Source of the DNA: Bacilli bacterium
Lineage (GTDB): Bacteria > Bacillota_I > Bacilli_A > ML615J-28 > CAG-698
Length of the DNA: 64,000 bases
Assembly (NCBI GenBank): GCA_031553555.1
Contig: JAVBLL010000008.1
Coordinates: 5,662 to 69,661, forward strand
Direction: 5' to 3'
Made by a program: the position numbers and the translations under genes. The notes beneath the pieces were generated by a model that saw nothing but the letters and a program-made list of their open reading frames with translations, did no database searches and had not been told where the DNA came from. Below are positions 1 to 9,054 of this stretch, piece by piece (the first letter of the stretch is position 1; each line of letters opens with the position of its first letter).

Positions 1-111
1 TGTGCTCGTGAAGGAGTTATTTGTGCCCGTTGTTGGCAAGTTGTCGATTTTGTAAGTCACAATGAAATTTGTGATAGATGCGAAGAAGTAGTAAGGAAAT
101 TGGAGGAGTAA
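1..111 (+). CDS. ileS: 3' end of isoleucine--tRNA ligase (C-terminal Zn finger), partial
   Basis: Frame 1 reads CAREGVICARCWQVVDFVSHNEICDRCEEVVRKLEE*; CxRCW...CxRC is the C-terminal zinc finger of type 1 IleRS. Confidence 0.75.
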   Translation, partial: CAREGVICARCWQVVDFVSHNEICDRCEEVVRKLEE

Positions 112-113
112 AT

Positions 114-974
114 ATGGCTGCAGTAATGAACATTCATTTTTTTAGAAAAAGTACGCTTGAAAAAATAGACTATTCAAAAGTATTGGATTATTTTGAAGGC
201 CTTGCTAATTTTGAGGTTTTTTATACAGATGATTATGTTGAAATAATGTATAAAGATACTAAATTCGCACTTGCATATCGTTATTTGATAACTAAGAAAT
301 CCCGTGTTACAAATATCTATAAGTTAAATCCTATGTATTCTAATGTTAATTTCTTGTTGGAAATGCCGGTTATGATTCCTTCATTTCTTGCAAAAGAGAT
401 TATTACCATTGCTCAAAAATTATGTCATATTTTCGAATTAGGTATTTACCATGATTCTTTCGAAGATGTGCGTGCATTTAATGTAGTTGAAGTATTGGAC
501 TTTTTTGAAAAACAAAGAGCTTTTTATATTCAAGAAAACGGATATGGTGATAAAATCACTTATGACAATGAAAAACTAAATGTCATATGTAAGTTTCAAA
601 AATCAGTTGAAAGTTTAATTAGTTATTATCATGACGAAGTAATGGTTAACTTATGTTATCCGATTCGTGATAAAAACACTAATGAGACTGGAATATGTTA
701 TGATTGGAGATTTGGAAAACCAGTAATTTTTCCACCATATGTTGATTACATTAATATAATTGAAGATGAATCTGGGGATATGCTTGTTCGTCGTGATGAG
801 TTATTCCAATTATTATCAAAACATTTAGCGGAAATTCAAAATTATTTGCCGGATATGTATATTTTAAAAGGTAAACAAGCAAAAAATTGTCGCCGTGAAT
901 TGAAAAAAATTAAAAGAATTGTTATGGAAAAAAACTATAAAATTTTGGGTATGTGCGACGTTATTGAGGAATAA
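114..974 (+). CDS. Hypothetical protein
   Basis: ORF with GGAGGA RBS before ATG 114; packed between ileS and deoC; no recognisable motif. Confidence 0.8.
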   Translation: MAAVMNIHFFRKSTLEKIDYSKVLDYFEGLANFEVFYTDDYVEIMYKDTKFALAYRYLITKKSRVTNIYKLNPMYSNVNFLLEMPVMIPSFLAKEIITIAQKLCHIFELGIYHDSFEDVRAFNVVEVLDFFEKQRAFYIQENGYGDKITYDNEKLNVICKFQKSVESLISYYHDEVMVNLCYPIRDKNTNETGICYDWRFGKPVIFPPYVDYINIIEDESGDMLVRRDELFQLLSKHLAEIQNYLPDMYILKGKQAKNCRRELKKIKRIVMEKNYKILGMCDVIEE

Positions 975-978
975 TAGT

Positions 979-1647
979 ATGATTAAAGATATTAATAAAT
1001 ATATTGATCACACTTTATTAAAAGCAACGGCTACTGAAAAGGATATTGAAAAGCTTTGTATGGAAGCAAAACTTTATAATTTTAAAAGTGTTTGTGTAAA
1101 TCCATCACATGTCAGATATGCAAAATCATTATTGGAAGGTACTGATGTATTAGTGTGTACTGTTATTGGTTTTCCATTAGGTGCTAATACTAAAGCCACA
1201 AAATGTTATGAGACCGAGGAAGCAATCTCTGCTGGTGCTGATGAAATTGATATGGTAATAAATATCGGTAAAGTTAAAGAACAAAATTATGATTATATAC
1301 AAGATGAAATTTATGGTGTTGTCTTACATAGTAGTGGACATACTGTTAAAGTAATTATTGAAACATGCTATTTAACTGATGAAGAAAAGATTTGTGTTTG
1401 TGAAGCAGCCACTAAAGCTAAGGCGAATTTTGTTAAGACATCAACAGGATTTGGGCCAGGTGGGGCTTTAAGTGAAGACGTATCCTTGATGAAAAAACAT
1501 ATTAGTGAAAATATGGAAGTAAAGGCAAGTGGCGGCGTTCGTAGCTACAAAGATTTTGAAATTATGGTCAAAGCTGGTGCCAATCGTATTGGCACATCAA
1601 ATGGCATTAGTATTATCACCGATAAAGATGCACTGGAGGATTATTAA
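979..1647 (+). CDS. deoC: Deoxyribose-phosphate aldolase
   Basis: IDHTLLK, VIGFPLGA, GADEIDMVIN, FVKTSTGF, VKASGGVR motifs; ATG 979 after GAGG. Confidence 0.97.
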   Translation: MIKDINKYIDHTLLKATATEKDIEKLCMEAKLYNFKSVCVNPSHVRYAKSLLEGTDVLVCTVIGFPLGANTKATKCYETEEAISAGADEIDMVINIGKVKEQNYDYIQDEIYGVVLHSSGHTVKVIIETCYLTDEEKICVCEAATKAKANFVKTSTGFGPGGALSEDVSLMKKHISENMEVKASGGVRSYKDFEIMVKAGANRIGTSNGISIITDKDALEDY

Positions 1648-2360
1648 TGATACCAACACCACATATTGAAGCTAAAAATAAAGATATTATTGCCAAAACA
1701 GTTTTAATGCCTGGAGACCCTTTAAGAGCTAAGCATATTGCAGATACGTATTTAACTGATGTTATACAGTTTAATAATGTCCGTAATATGTATGGATATA
1801 CTGGCTTTTATAATGGAAAAAAAGTAACAGTTATGGGGTCTGGCATGGGAATGCCTAGTATTGGAATATACTCATATGAATTATATGACTTTTATGATGT
1901 AGAAACAATTATTCGTATAGGCTCATGTGGTGCTTATAAACCTGAGGCAAAAGTATATGACGTTATAATAGTTGATGAAGCTTTTAGCGAATCCAACTTT
2001 GCAAAGGTGGCTTTTGGTATGAAAAATAAAGTTTTAAAGGCAAGTACAAATGTAATTAAAAATTTACAAAAATCCGCCAAAAAACTTGATATTGATGTTA
2101 TAACTGGACGTATTCACTCATCAGATGTTTTTTATCGTGCATATGGTAATGTTTTAGAAGATGTTGGCGATAAATACAATTGTTTAGGAGTAGAGATGGA
2201 ATCTTTTGCATTGTTTGCCAATGCCAAGAAATTATCTAAAAAGGCTGGATGTATTTTAACGGTATCTGACTCTTTTATTACTAAAGAGGTAACTACTTCC
2301 TTAGAGCGTCAACAATCATTCAATAAAATGATATTAATTGCGTTAGAAGCAATAAAATAG
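1647..2360 (+). CDS. deoD: Purine nucleoside phosphorylase (DeoD type)
   Basis: PTPHIEA, VLMPGDPLRAK, GMGMPSIGIYSYEL, VEMES motifs. Confidence 0.97.
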   Translation: MIPTPHIEAKNKDIIAKTVLMPGDPLRAKHIADTYLTDVIQFNNVRNMYGYTGFYNGKKVTVMGSGMGMPSIGIYSYELYDFYDVETIIRIGSCGAYKPEAKVYDVIIVDEAFSESNFAKVAFGMKNKVLKASTNVIKNLQKSAKKLDIDVITGRIHSSDVFYRAYGNVLEDVGDKYNCLGVEMESFALFANAKKLSKKAGCILTVSDSFITKEVTTSLERQQSFNKMILIALEAIK

Positions 2361-2380
2361 CGAGTTTTCTCGCTATTTTT
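2354..2380 (+). terminator. Intrinsic terminator after deoD
   Basis: AAAATAGCGAG-TTTT-CTCGCTATTTTT perfect hairpin with T tract. Confidence 0.85.
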
Positions 2381-2394
2381 AATAAGAAGATATT

Positions 2395-2425
2395 GCATAA
2401 AATTTAGTAATTTGCTAACAATAAG
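2395..2425 (+). promoter_or_regulatory. Putative alternative-sigma (forespore sigF/sigG-like) promoter of ymfF-ymfH
   Basis: GCATA-N14-GCTAACAATA; the 15-mer TTTGCTAACAATAAG recurs exactly at 5073-5087. Confidence 0.45.
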
Positions 2426-2438
2426 AAAAGGTGATAAT

Positions 2439-3707
2439 ATGCAAAAAGAAATAGTTTTTCAAGTTAATAATAAGGATATTCATTTAATACAAACAAAAAA
2501 ATTCAAAACAATTACGGCAATTATATCATATATTGGAGAAGTTACCCGCGATAATATATTATTAAGGGTAATGCTTGGAAGAGTAATGGGCAATACTTGT
2601 AAAAAGTATCCAACAAAAGCTGCTTTAGCCAATTGCATTTATGGATTATATGACGCTGGCATAAACGTTAGAATAAATACGTCCTATAAAACTTCTTTTA
2701 TGAATTTTATTATAGGAACAATCAATAATAAGTATACAAATGATAATGAAATTACCAAAAAAACTTTTGAATTGTTGTATGAAATTATGTATGAACCAAA
2801 TATTATTGATAAAGGTTTTGATCCCAAAATATTTAATGAAGAAAAGCGTTTATTAAAAGATGAGATTAATAATGTTTATAATAATAAAGCACGTTATGCG
2901 TACATTAAATTGCTTCAACATATGTCAAAAGAAGAACTAATTAGTTTATATGATATGGGAATAATCGAAGAACTAGAAAAAATTACTCCTCAACAATTAT
3001 ATAAATTCTACCAAAAAGTCATTAAAGAAAATCAAGTGGAAATATATATTATGGGAGATATAACAGTTGAAAATGTAAAGGAATATTTAAAGCCTTTTGC
3101 TTTTAATGATAAAACTGTAGAAATGAATCTTTATTCAAATAAACAAGTTGATGTTACCGAAGTTAAGGAAAAATTTGAATACCAAGACGTCAGACAAGCA
3201 AAATTAGTAATGGGATTTAGAGTGAATCTTGAAATCGGGGATAACAATTATGTTCCGTTAATGGTTTTTAACGCGATGTTTGGTGGGATGTTTGGCTCGA
3301 CTTTGTTTAGGACAGTAAGGGAAGAAAATAGTTTAGCTTATGATATATATTCTCAAATTCTTTGGGATAGCAAAATTTTAATTGTTGCTGCTGGCGTTGA
3401 TAATAATAAAGATAGTATGGCAAGTGATATTGTCATTAAAGAGTTTGAAAAATATAAGCAAGGCGAAATCGAAGAAAATCTGATGAAGGAAGCAAAAGAT
3501 TTCTTAGTTAGCGATTTAAGTGAAATATGTGATAGTCAGTATAGTATGCTTTATTTTAATTTTAAAGAATCGCTTCAACAAAAACGTACGGTGGAACAAT
3601 TAATTAATGAAATTAAAAAAGTAGAAGTGGAAGATATTATTAGAGCATGTAATACTGTCTTTTTAGATACGATATATGTATTGAAAGCTGGTAAAGAAGA
3701 TGAGTAA
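2439..3707 (+). CDS. ymfF: M16 family peptidase-like protein, inactive subunit (YmfF-like)
   Basis: TKKFKT N-terminal motif, LFRTVREENSLAYDIYS, no HxxEH; paired with an active M16 gene. Confidence 0.85.
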   Translation: MQKEIVFQVNNKDIHLIQTKKFKTITAIISYIGEVTRDNILLRVMLGRVMGNTCKKYPTKAALANCIYGLYDAGINVRINTSYKTSFMNFIIGTINNKYTNDNEITKKTFELLYEIMYEPNIIDKGFDPKIFNEEKRLLKDEINNVYNNKARYAYIKLLQHMSKEELISLYDMGIIEELEKITPQQLYKFYQKVIKENQVEIYIMGDITVENVKEYLKPFAFNDKTVEMNLYSNKQVDVTEVKEKFEYQDVRQAKLVMGFRVNLEIGDNNYVPLMVFNAMFGGMFGSTLFRTVREENSLAYDIYSQILWDSKILIVAAGVDNNKDSMASDIVIKEFEKYKQGEIEENLMKEAKDFLVSDLSEICDSQYSMLYFNFKESLQQKRTVEQLINEIKKVEVEDIIRACNTVFLDTIYVLKAGKEDE

Positions 3708-5013
3708 AATGATGAGTAAAAATTATCCAGATATTGAAGAAACCGTTTTTTCAAAAGTATTAGACAATGGACTAGTAGTATATATTATTAAAAAAGAAGG
3801 CTTCAAAAAAATGTTTGCCACTTTTGCTACTCGTTTTGGCTCTACTGTTAATAAATTTGTTCCCATTGATGATGATCAATATATTGAGGTTCCTTTAGGT
3901 GTTGCCCATTTTTTAGAACATAAAGTTTTTGAAATGCCTGATGGTGAAGATGCATCAATGCTTTTTGCTAAGTATGGTGCTGAGGCCAATGCATTTACTG
4001 ATTATAACCAAACTGCATACATAGTTTCTAGTACTTCATATTACCATGAGGTTATTGAAACTTTACTAGACTATGTTCAAGTTCCTTATTTCACAGATGA
4101 AAATGTTGAAAAGGAACAAGGAATAATTTTGCAAGAACTTAAAATGTATCAAGATAATGCCAATGATCGCTTATACAACCATTTAATGAAAAATCTATTT
4201 CGCAAAAATCTTCATCGTGAAGAAATATTAGGAAATGAGCAATCAATTAGCACGATTACTAAGGAAGTATTATATAAGTGTTATGAAACATTTTATCATC
4301 CTAGTAATATGTGTTTGTGTATTGTTGGCGATTTTGATGTGGATGAAACTTTTAAAGTAGTTGAGAATAATCAAAATAAAAAAGAATTTCCTCCTTTTAA
4401 AGAGATAAAAAAAGAATATGTCATTGAAGATAATACAGTTTATCGCAGGAGTGGAAGCTGCACAATGGACATTGTTATGCCTAAAGTAACGGTTGCTGTA
4501 AAACTTCCAAGTTTTGAATATGAAGAAGATGAACTCCTTAGTATTGAACTACAAATTAAGATATTATTAGAAATGCTTTTTGGTTTTAGTTCAAAAAATT
4601 ATCAAGAAATGCTTGATAATGGTATTATTAACGGCTTATCATATGATTGTTCACTTGATGATATTACTGGCTTTATTCGTATTTCAGCCAGCAGTTTTAA
4701 GAATAAAGAATTTATTGCTTATGTTAAAAAGAAACTGCTAGAAATAAAGCATTTAGAAATTGATATAGAGTTATTAGAAAATATTAAAAAAGGTTTAATA
4801 GGCAATTATATTAGAGCATTAAATGATGTTGAATTTATTTCGACAAGCTATATAGATTATAAATTTAAAAATTGTGATTTATTTCATATTATTAAAATAA
4901 TAAAAGATATTAACAAAGAATCATTAAAACATTTATTTGTCTATTTTGTCAATTCAGCAATTACATCATATTCAATCTTGCCAAAAGAAGTAAGCTCATC
5001 AAAACAGCCATAG
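3700..5013 (+). CDS. ymfH: M16 (pitrilysin/insulinase) zinc peptidase (YmfH-like)
   Basis: GVAHFLEHKVFE (HxxEH), ANAFT, EKEQGIILQEL, FYHPSNM. Confidence 0.92.
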   Translation: MSKMMSKNYPDIEETVFSKVLDNGLVVYIIKKEGFKKMFATFATRFGSTVNKFVPIDDDQYIEVPLGVAHFLEHKVFEMPDGEDASMLFAKYGAEANAFTDYNQTAYIVSSTSYYHEVIETLLDYVQVPYFTDENVEKEQGIILQELKMYQDNANDRLYNHLMKNLFRKNLHREEILGNEQSISTITKEVLYKCYETFYHPSNMCLCIVGDFDVDETFKVVENNQNKKEFPPFKEIKKEYVIEDNTVYRRSGSCTMDIVMPKVTVAVKLPSFEYEEDELLSIELQIKILLEMLFGFSSKNYQEMLDNGIINGLSYDCSLDDITGFIRISASSFKNKEFIAYVKKKLLEIKHLEIDIELLENIKKGLIGNYIRALNDVEFISTSYIDYKFKNCDLFHIIKIIKDINKESLKHLFVYFVNSAITSYSILPKEVSSSKQP

Positions 5014-5030
5014 TTATCTATGGCTGTTTT
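5001..5030 (+). terminator. Intrinsic terminator after ymfH
   Basis: AAAACAGCCATAG-TTAT-CTATGGCTGTTTT. Confidence 0.85.
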
Positions 5031-5056
5031 ATTACTTATATAAAAACAGTTATTAT

Positions 5057-5087
5057 GAATTATAATTTCTTTTTTGCTAACAATAAG
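5057..5087 (+). promoter_or_regulatory. Putative alternative-sigma promoter of yihY-pdaA
   Basis: GAATT-N14-GCTAACAATA, same spacing and same 15-mer as at 2411-2425. Confidence 0.45.
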
Positions 5088-5101
5088 TATGGTGATTAAA
5101 A

Positions 5102-5923
5102 ATGGCAAAAATAAAAAAAATTATTAAAAATGTAAAAGCAATTATTAGTATTGATGAAAAATACAATTTATCATTAGTTAGTGCCTCAACTTCCTTTTAC
5201 ATTTTAGTAGCATTATTCAGTTTATTATCTCTAGCAATTCAATTTTACAATACTTTGTTTGCGGGCACAAATAATTTCCTAGTGAATTCTATAAACGATA
5301 TTATAAACCCATATTACCATGAATATATTGAACAAATATTACCAGTAATAAGTTTGAATAGTTTTTCGCCAATTTTATTTATTAGTTTATTTTGGTCCTC
5401 ATCAAGACTGATAAATGGCTACAATCGAGTTGCTGATATAATTTATGTTGAAGTGAAAAAACGAAATGGATTTCTAATAAGGGTTAGTTCCTTTTTTATG
5501 TTTTTAATGATTTTTTGTGTTTTACTATTTGAAATAGCAACAGCCTTATTTGCCACTGCATGGATAGCCAAATTTGTCAGTAATGTCATATTGTTTAGGA
5601 TAGTGCAATTCATTATTGAATTACTAGTAATTTTTTTAATAATATTAATTTTAAATATGTATGCTCCACCTGTTCCAATGACCTTTAAAAAAACATATTT
5701 TGGTTCATTTGTATCTACGACATTATTATATTTATCATCGGTGGTCATAATTATCATATTAAAATTATATCAAAGATTTAATCCAAATTATGGTATTATT
5801 TCTATTATTTCTATGCTATTCATCTGGATATTTACCATTAATTATATTATTATAATCGGTTTTTTTCTTAACTATTTAATTAACAAAATAAGGATATCAA
5901 AAGATAATAAAAATGGGGAATAA
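5102..5923 (+). CDS. YihY/BrkB family membrane protein
   Basis: About 6 hydrophobic segments; SASTSFYILVALF, LFWSSS and YG(IISI) match the YihY pattern. Confidence 0.75.
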   Translation: MAKIKKIIKNVKAIISIDEKYNLSLVSASTSFYILVALFSLLSLAIQFYNTLFAGTNNFLVNSINDIINPYYHEYIEQILPVISLNSFSPILFISLFWSSSRLINGYNRVADIIYVEVKKRNGFLIRVSSFFMFLMIFCVLLFEIATALFATAWIAKFVSNVILFRIVQFIIELLVIFLIILILNMYAPPVPMTFKKTYFGSFVSTTLLYLSSVVIIIILKLYQRFNPNYGIISIISMLFIWIFTINYIIIIGFFLNYLINKIRISKDNKNGE

Positions 5924-5942
5924 TATAATTGGAGGAAAAGAA

Positions 5943-6701
5943 ATGAAAAAAATATTCGCAATTATAGCATTAATTGTTATGATTACCATACCAAGCGTTA
6001 ATGCCGCAAGTTATGGTTGGGGTTTTAGTAGAAATGACAATCATGAAACTCCAGAAATTGGTAGTTATAATAATGAAATAAAAGACACAAATAGTTATTA
6101 TGTCGGTGATACTGAACAAAAAACTATTTACTTAACATTTGATGCTGGATATGATAATGGCTATTTAATAAAAATACTAGATGTATTAGATGAAAAAGGA
6201 GTTAAAGCAGCTTTTTTTGTTACAGGAGACTTTTTAAATAGACAATCTGAATTGACTAAAGAAATTCACAATCGTGGACATTTAGTATGTAATCATAGCT
6301 GGAGTCACAAAAATATAACTACATTATCAAAATCACAACTAGATACAGAATTATCAAAAGTAGAAGATAAATTTGAAGAATTAACAGGTTCAAAAATGAG
6401 TAAATATTTTAGGCCGCCAGCTGGAGAGTTTAATAAAACATCTTTAAGTGTTTTAAAAGAAAATGGTTATAGCACAATATTCTGGTCTTTAGCATATAAG
6501 GATTGGGACGTTAACAAACAAAATGGTGCTGATTATGCATACAATAGTGTTATGAACAATATTCATAATGGTGCAATTATATTAATGCATACGGTTTCTA
6601 GCGATAATGCTAATGCACTGGGAAAAATAATTGATTCTTTGCATAACGAAGGGTATGAATTTGCCAGTTTAGATTTATTAGTACAAAATCAATCTTCATA
6701 A
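5943..6701 (+). CDS. pdaA: Polysaccharide deacetylase, spore-cortex muramic delta-lactam de-N-acetylase type
   Basis: Signal peptide; WGF, IYLTFDAGYDNG, NHSWSH, FRPPAGEF, FWSLAYKDW, GAIILMHTVS typical of PdaA; GGAGG RBS. Confidence 0.88.
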   Translation: MKKIFAIIALIVMITIPSVNAASYGWGFSRNDNHETPEIGSYNNEIKDTNSYYVGDTEQKTIYLTFDAGYDNGYLIKILDVLDEKGVKAAFFVTGDFLNRQSELTKEIHNRGHLVCNHSWSHKNITTLSKSQLDTELSKVEDKFEELTGSKMSKYFRPPAGEFNKTSLSVLKENGYSTIFWSLAYKDWDVNKQNGADYAYNSVMNNIHNGAIILMHTVSSDNANALGKIIDSLHNEGYEFASLDLLVQNQSS

Positions 6702-6709
6702 TTATTATG

Positions 6710-6752
6710 AAAAAAATACTGTAAATAAAATTCTTTTTTACAGTATTTTTTT
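6710..6752 (+). terminator. Intrinsic terminator after pdaA
   Basis: AAAAAAATACTGTAAA...TTTACAGTATTTTTTT inverted repeat. Confidence 0.75.
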
Positions 6753-6783
6753 GTAGTAAATTTTGTTAAAATTTTTATAATTA

Positions 6784-6812
6784 TTTACTTATTTCATAAA
6801 AAATGTTATAAT
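6784..6812 (+). promoter_or_regulatory. sigma-A promoter
   Basis: TTTACT-N17-TATAAT with extended -10 TG. Confidence 0.7.
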
Positions 6813-6837
6813 ATATATAGTAGATGGAGGATAAATA

Positions 6838-8835
6838 ATGAAAAATTTTAGACGCTTTGGTTTATTTATTTTTATGTTAGTTTTGGCGGTTTCTTTTAAT
6901 ATTAAAGTAAATGCTGCCACATATACTACGGATGATGGATCATATAATTACACTACTAATGTTGTTGAAACAAAAACCTTAGGGAAAGAAACAACATATA
7001 TTCATGATAGTGGATATACAACTCGTACTGGAACAAAAATTGAACAAGATGTTTTTATGCTTTCTCAAAAAACTGATAAAAATCAAGGAACTAAGGTTGT
7101 TACTTGGGCTGTTTCTTCAGGTACAGGTGCTGATTCAACAAATGCTTATACACGTACAACTCTTGCAAAAATTGCCGCTGATTATGAAAAAAATCATCCA
7201 GGATGGAAGGTTTTAGGAGGCATTAATGCTGACCAATATTATCAATATTTTGGAACTAAATTAACTGAGGATGGTTCAGATTTATTTTTGAATCAACCAT
7301 ATTATCCAATGATGAGTGATAATGAAAATTGGTTTACAATAGATCCGTTAGGGCGAACAGTTAATATTGTAGGCTTTAAAAATGATGGTTCAACAAAACC
7401 ATTAGTTTATGATAAATTTGGAGTTACGGGATTACAAATAAACATTTATAATGAAAATAATGAATTTGTTGGTAAATTCAAAGCGGATGCTTTAAATCCA
7501 ACTACATTTACTAGTGGAACAGCTGTTTATTGCGCATATAATACTGACCAATCCGGTCTTAGAGCAAATGCTGTTAACACTATGAATGTATCATCAACAA
7601 ATGGTTTATATATTGCTAGTAAAGCTGATAAAGCATATGTTAGTAATTCTACTACATGGTCTTGGTATAAAACAACACATGCTAAAAATGCTTTTTTTGG
7701 TAAAGGTGAAATCGACAAAATCGAAACATCATATCAACTTGCTACAAATCAATTTGCTATTGAAACTACAAATCAATCTTTGAAGAATGCTTTAAAAGTA
7801 GGTTGTTATGTAGTTGCCCAATATGAATTCGAAGATGAATTGCAAAATTGTGGTGAAGGAATTGGTTATCATACAGTTCAAAGAAGAAATAATCAGGATC
7901 AAGCTGTGGCTAATTCATACAATACACGTGGATATCCTCGTTCAGTATTTGGATGTACAAGTGACGGAACAATGGTTTTAATTGCAACTGATGGTAAAAC
8001 AGTACCTAATTATGGTATGTATGCTCAAGAAATCAATGCATTATGTAAAGCATATGATATAACTGATGCTTACCAAATGGATGGTGGCGGATCAGTTACT
8101 ATGGTTGTTCGCAATGAAGAAGGTGGGTTTACTACGGTTACAACCCCAGCTGATGGATCTGACCGTTCGATTTTTAGCGGAATGTTTATTGTTATGCGTG
8201 ATATAGATGTCAATGTATCAGCTAAGGAAATTACTGAATCTTCTATAGCTTTGGACGTTAATGTAATTGATGTTGATGGCATTGAAAAGGTTGAAGAATG
8301 TTATGTTAATCTTATTGGTAAAAATAGTAGTGGAAAAGCATATAATGAAACAAAAAAAGTAGTAAATAAAACTGTTTTATTTGATAATTTATTGCCAAAT
8401 TATGAGTTTTCATATAAAATTCTTTATACTACCGCCACCATGCAAAGTCCTGCTGAATCTTTTTCAAATGGAAAATATTCAACACTGAAGCGAGTGCCGA
8501 TAATATCCTCCGCGAAAATTAATTTTATTGATGGCAGATTATCTATTTCAGTCCAAGTAATAGATAAGGACGTGGCAATTAGTAGTAATTTAGGAGTTAG
8601 TTTTGATGGTGGTAAGACATACGAAAGGTTACAAGCCAATCATACGATTGCAATCAGTGATTTTTCTGGAGATCCTTTAGCGGATATTATTATTCGTGTT
8701 TACTATGACACTAATGATGGTGAGGGAAGAAGATATGTTTATATATCCGATATGGAAATAAATTTCACATATGCCGCATTTTTGGAGTCCTTATCATATA
8801 ATTTTGATGGTATTTCATCTGATATGTTTAAATAG
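6838..8835 (+). CDS. Secreted phosphodiester glycosidase (NAGPA) family protein, paralog 1
   Basis: Signal peptide ending VNA; GGINAD, YPRSVFG, MDGGGSVTM; beta-rich FN3-like C-terminal region. Confidence 0.85.
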   Translation: MKNFRRFGLFIFMLVLAVSFNIKVNAATYTTDDGSYNYTTNVVETKTLGKETTYIHDSGYTTRTGTKIEQDVFMLSQKTDKNQGTKVVTWAVSSGTGADSTNAYTRTTLAKIAADYEKNHPGWKVLGGINADQYYQYFGTKLTEDGSDLFLNQPYYPMMSDNENWFTIDPLGRTVNIVGFKNDGSTKPLVYDKFGVTGLQINIYNENNEFVGKFKADALNPTTFTSGTAVYCAYNTDQSGLRANAVNTMNVSSTNGLYIASKADKAYVSNSTTWSWYKTTHAKNAFFGKGEIDKIETSYQLATNQFAIETTNQSLKNALKVGCYVVAQYEFEDELQNCGEGIGYHTVQRRNNQDQAVANSYNTRGYPRSVFGCTSDGTMVLIATDGKTVPNYGMYAQEINALCKAYDITDAYQMDGGGSVTMVVRNEEGGFTTVTTPADGSDRSIFSGMFIVMRDIDVNVSAKEITESSIALDVNVIDVDGIEKVEECYVNLIGKNSSGKAYNETKKVVNKTVLFDNLLPNYEFSYKILYTTATMQSPAESFSNGKYSTLKRVPIISSAKINFIDGRLSISVQVIDKDVAISSNLGVSFDGGKTYERLQANHTIAISDFSGDPLADIIIRVYYDTNDGEGRRYVYISDMEINFTYAAFLESLSYNFDGISSDMFK

Positions 8836-8906
8836 TTTTTATAATTGCTGTGACAATGTAATATTTAGCAGTTAGTTAGTATTAATAAAGCAACAAGTTT
8901 AATAAT

Positions 8907-8951
8907 AAAACCGAATGCCATCTACAAAGCAGGGATGTCATTCGGTTTTTT
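8907..8951 (+). terminator. Intrinsic terminator
   Basis: AAAACCGAATGCCATC...GATGTCATTCGGTTTTTT. Confidence 0.75.
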
Positions 8952-9001
8952 GCACTATCAAGGTTTTATTAAAATTCTTTTTTGAAAAACTAATGAAAGC
9001 A

Positions 9002-9030
9002 TTTACTTATTTTCTATAAAATGATATAAT
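9002..9030 (+). promoter_or_regulatory. sigma-A promoter, near-copy of the paralog 1 promoter
   Basis: TTTACT-N17-TATAAT with TG; shares ATTTACTTATTT and ATAAA with 6783-6812. Confidence 0.7.
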
Positions 9031-9054
9031 TAATATAATAATGGAGGATTCAAA

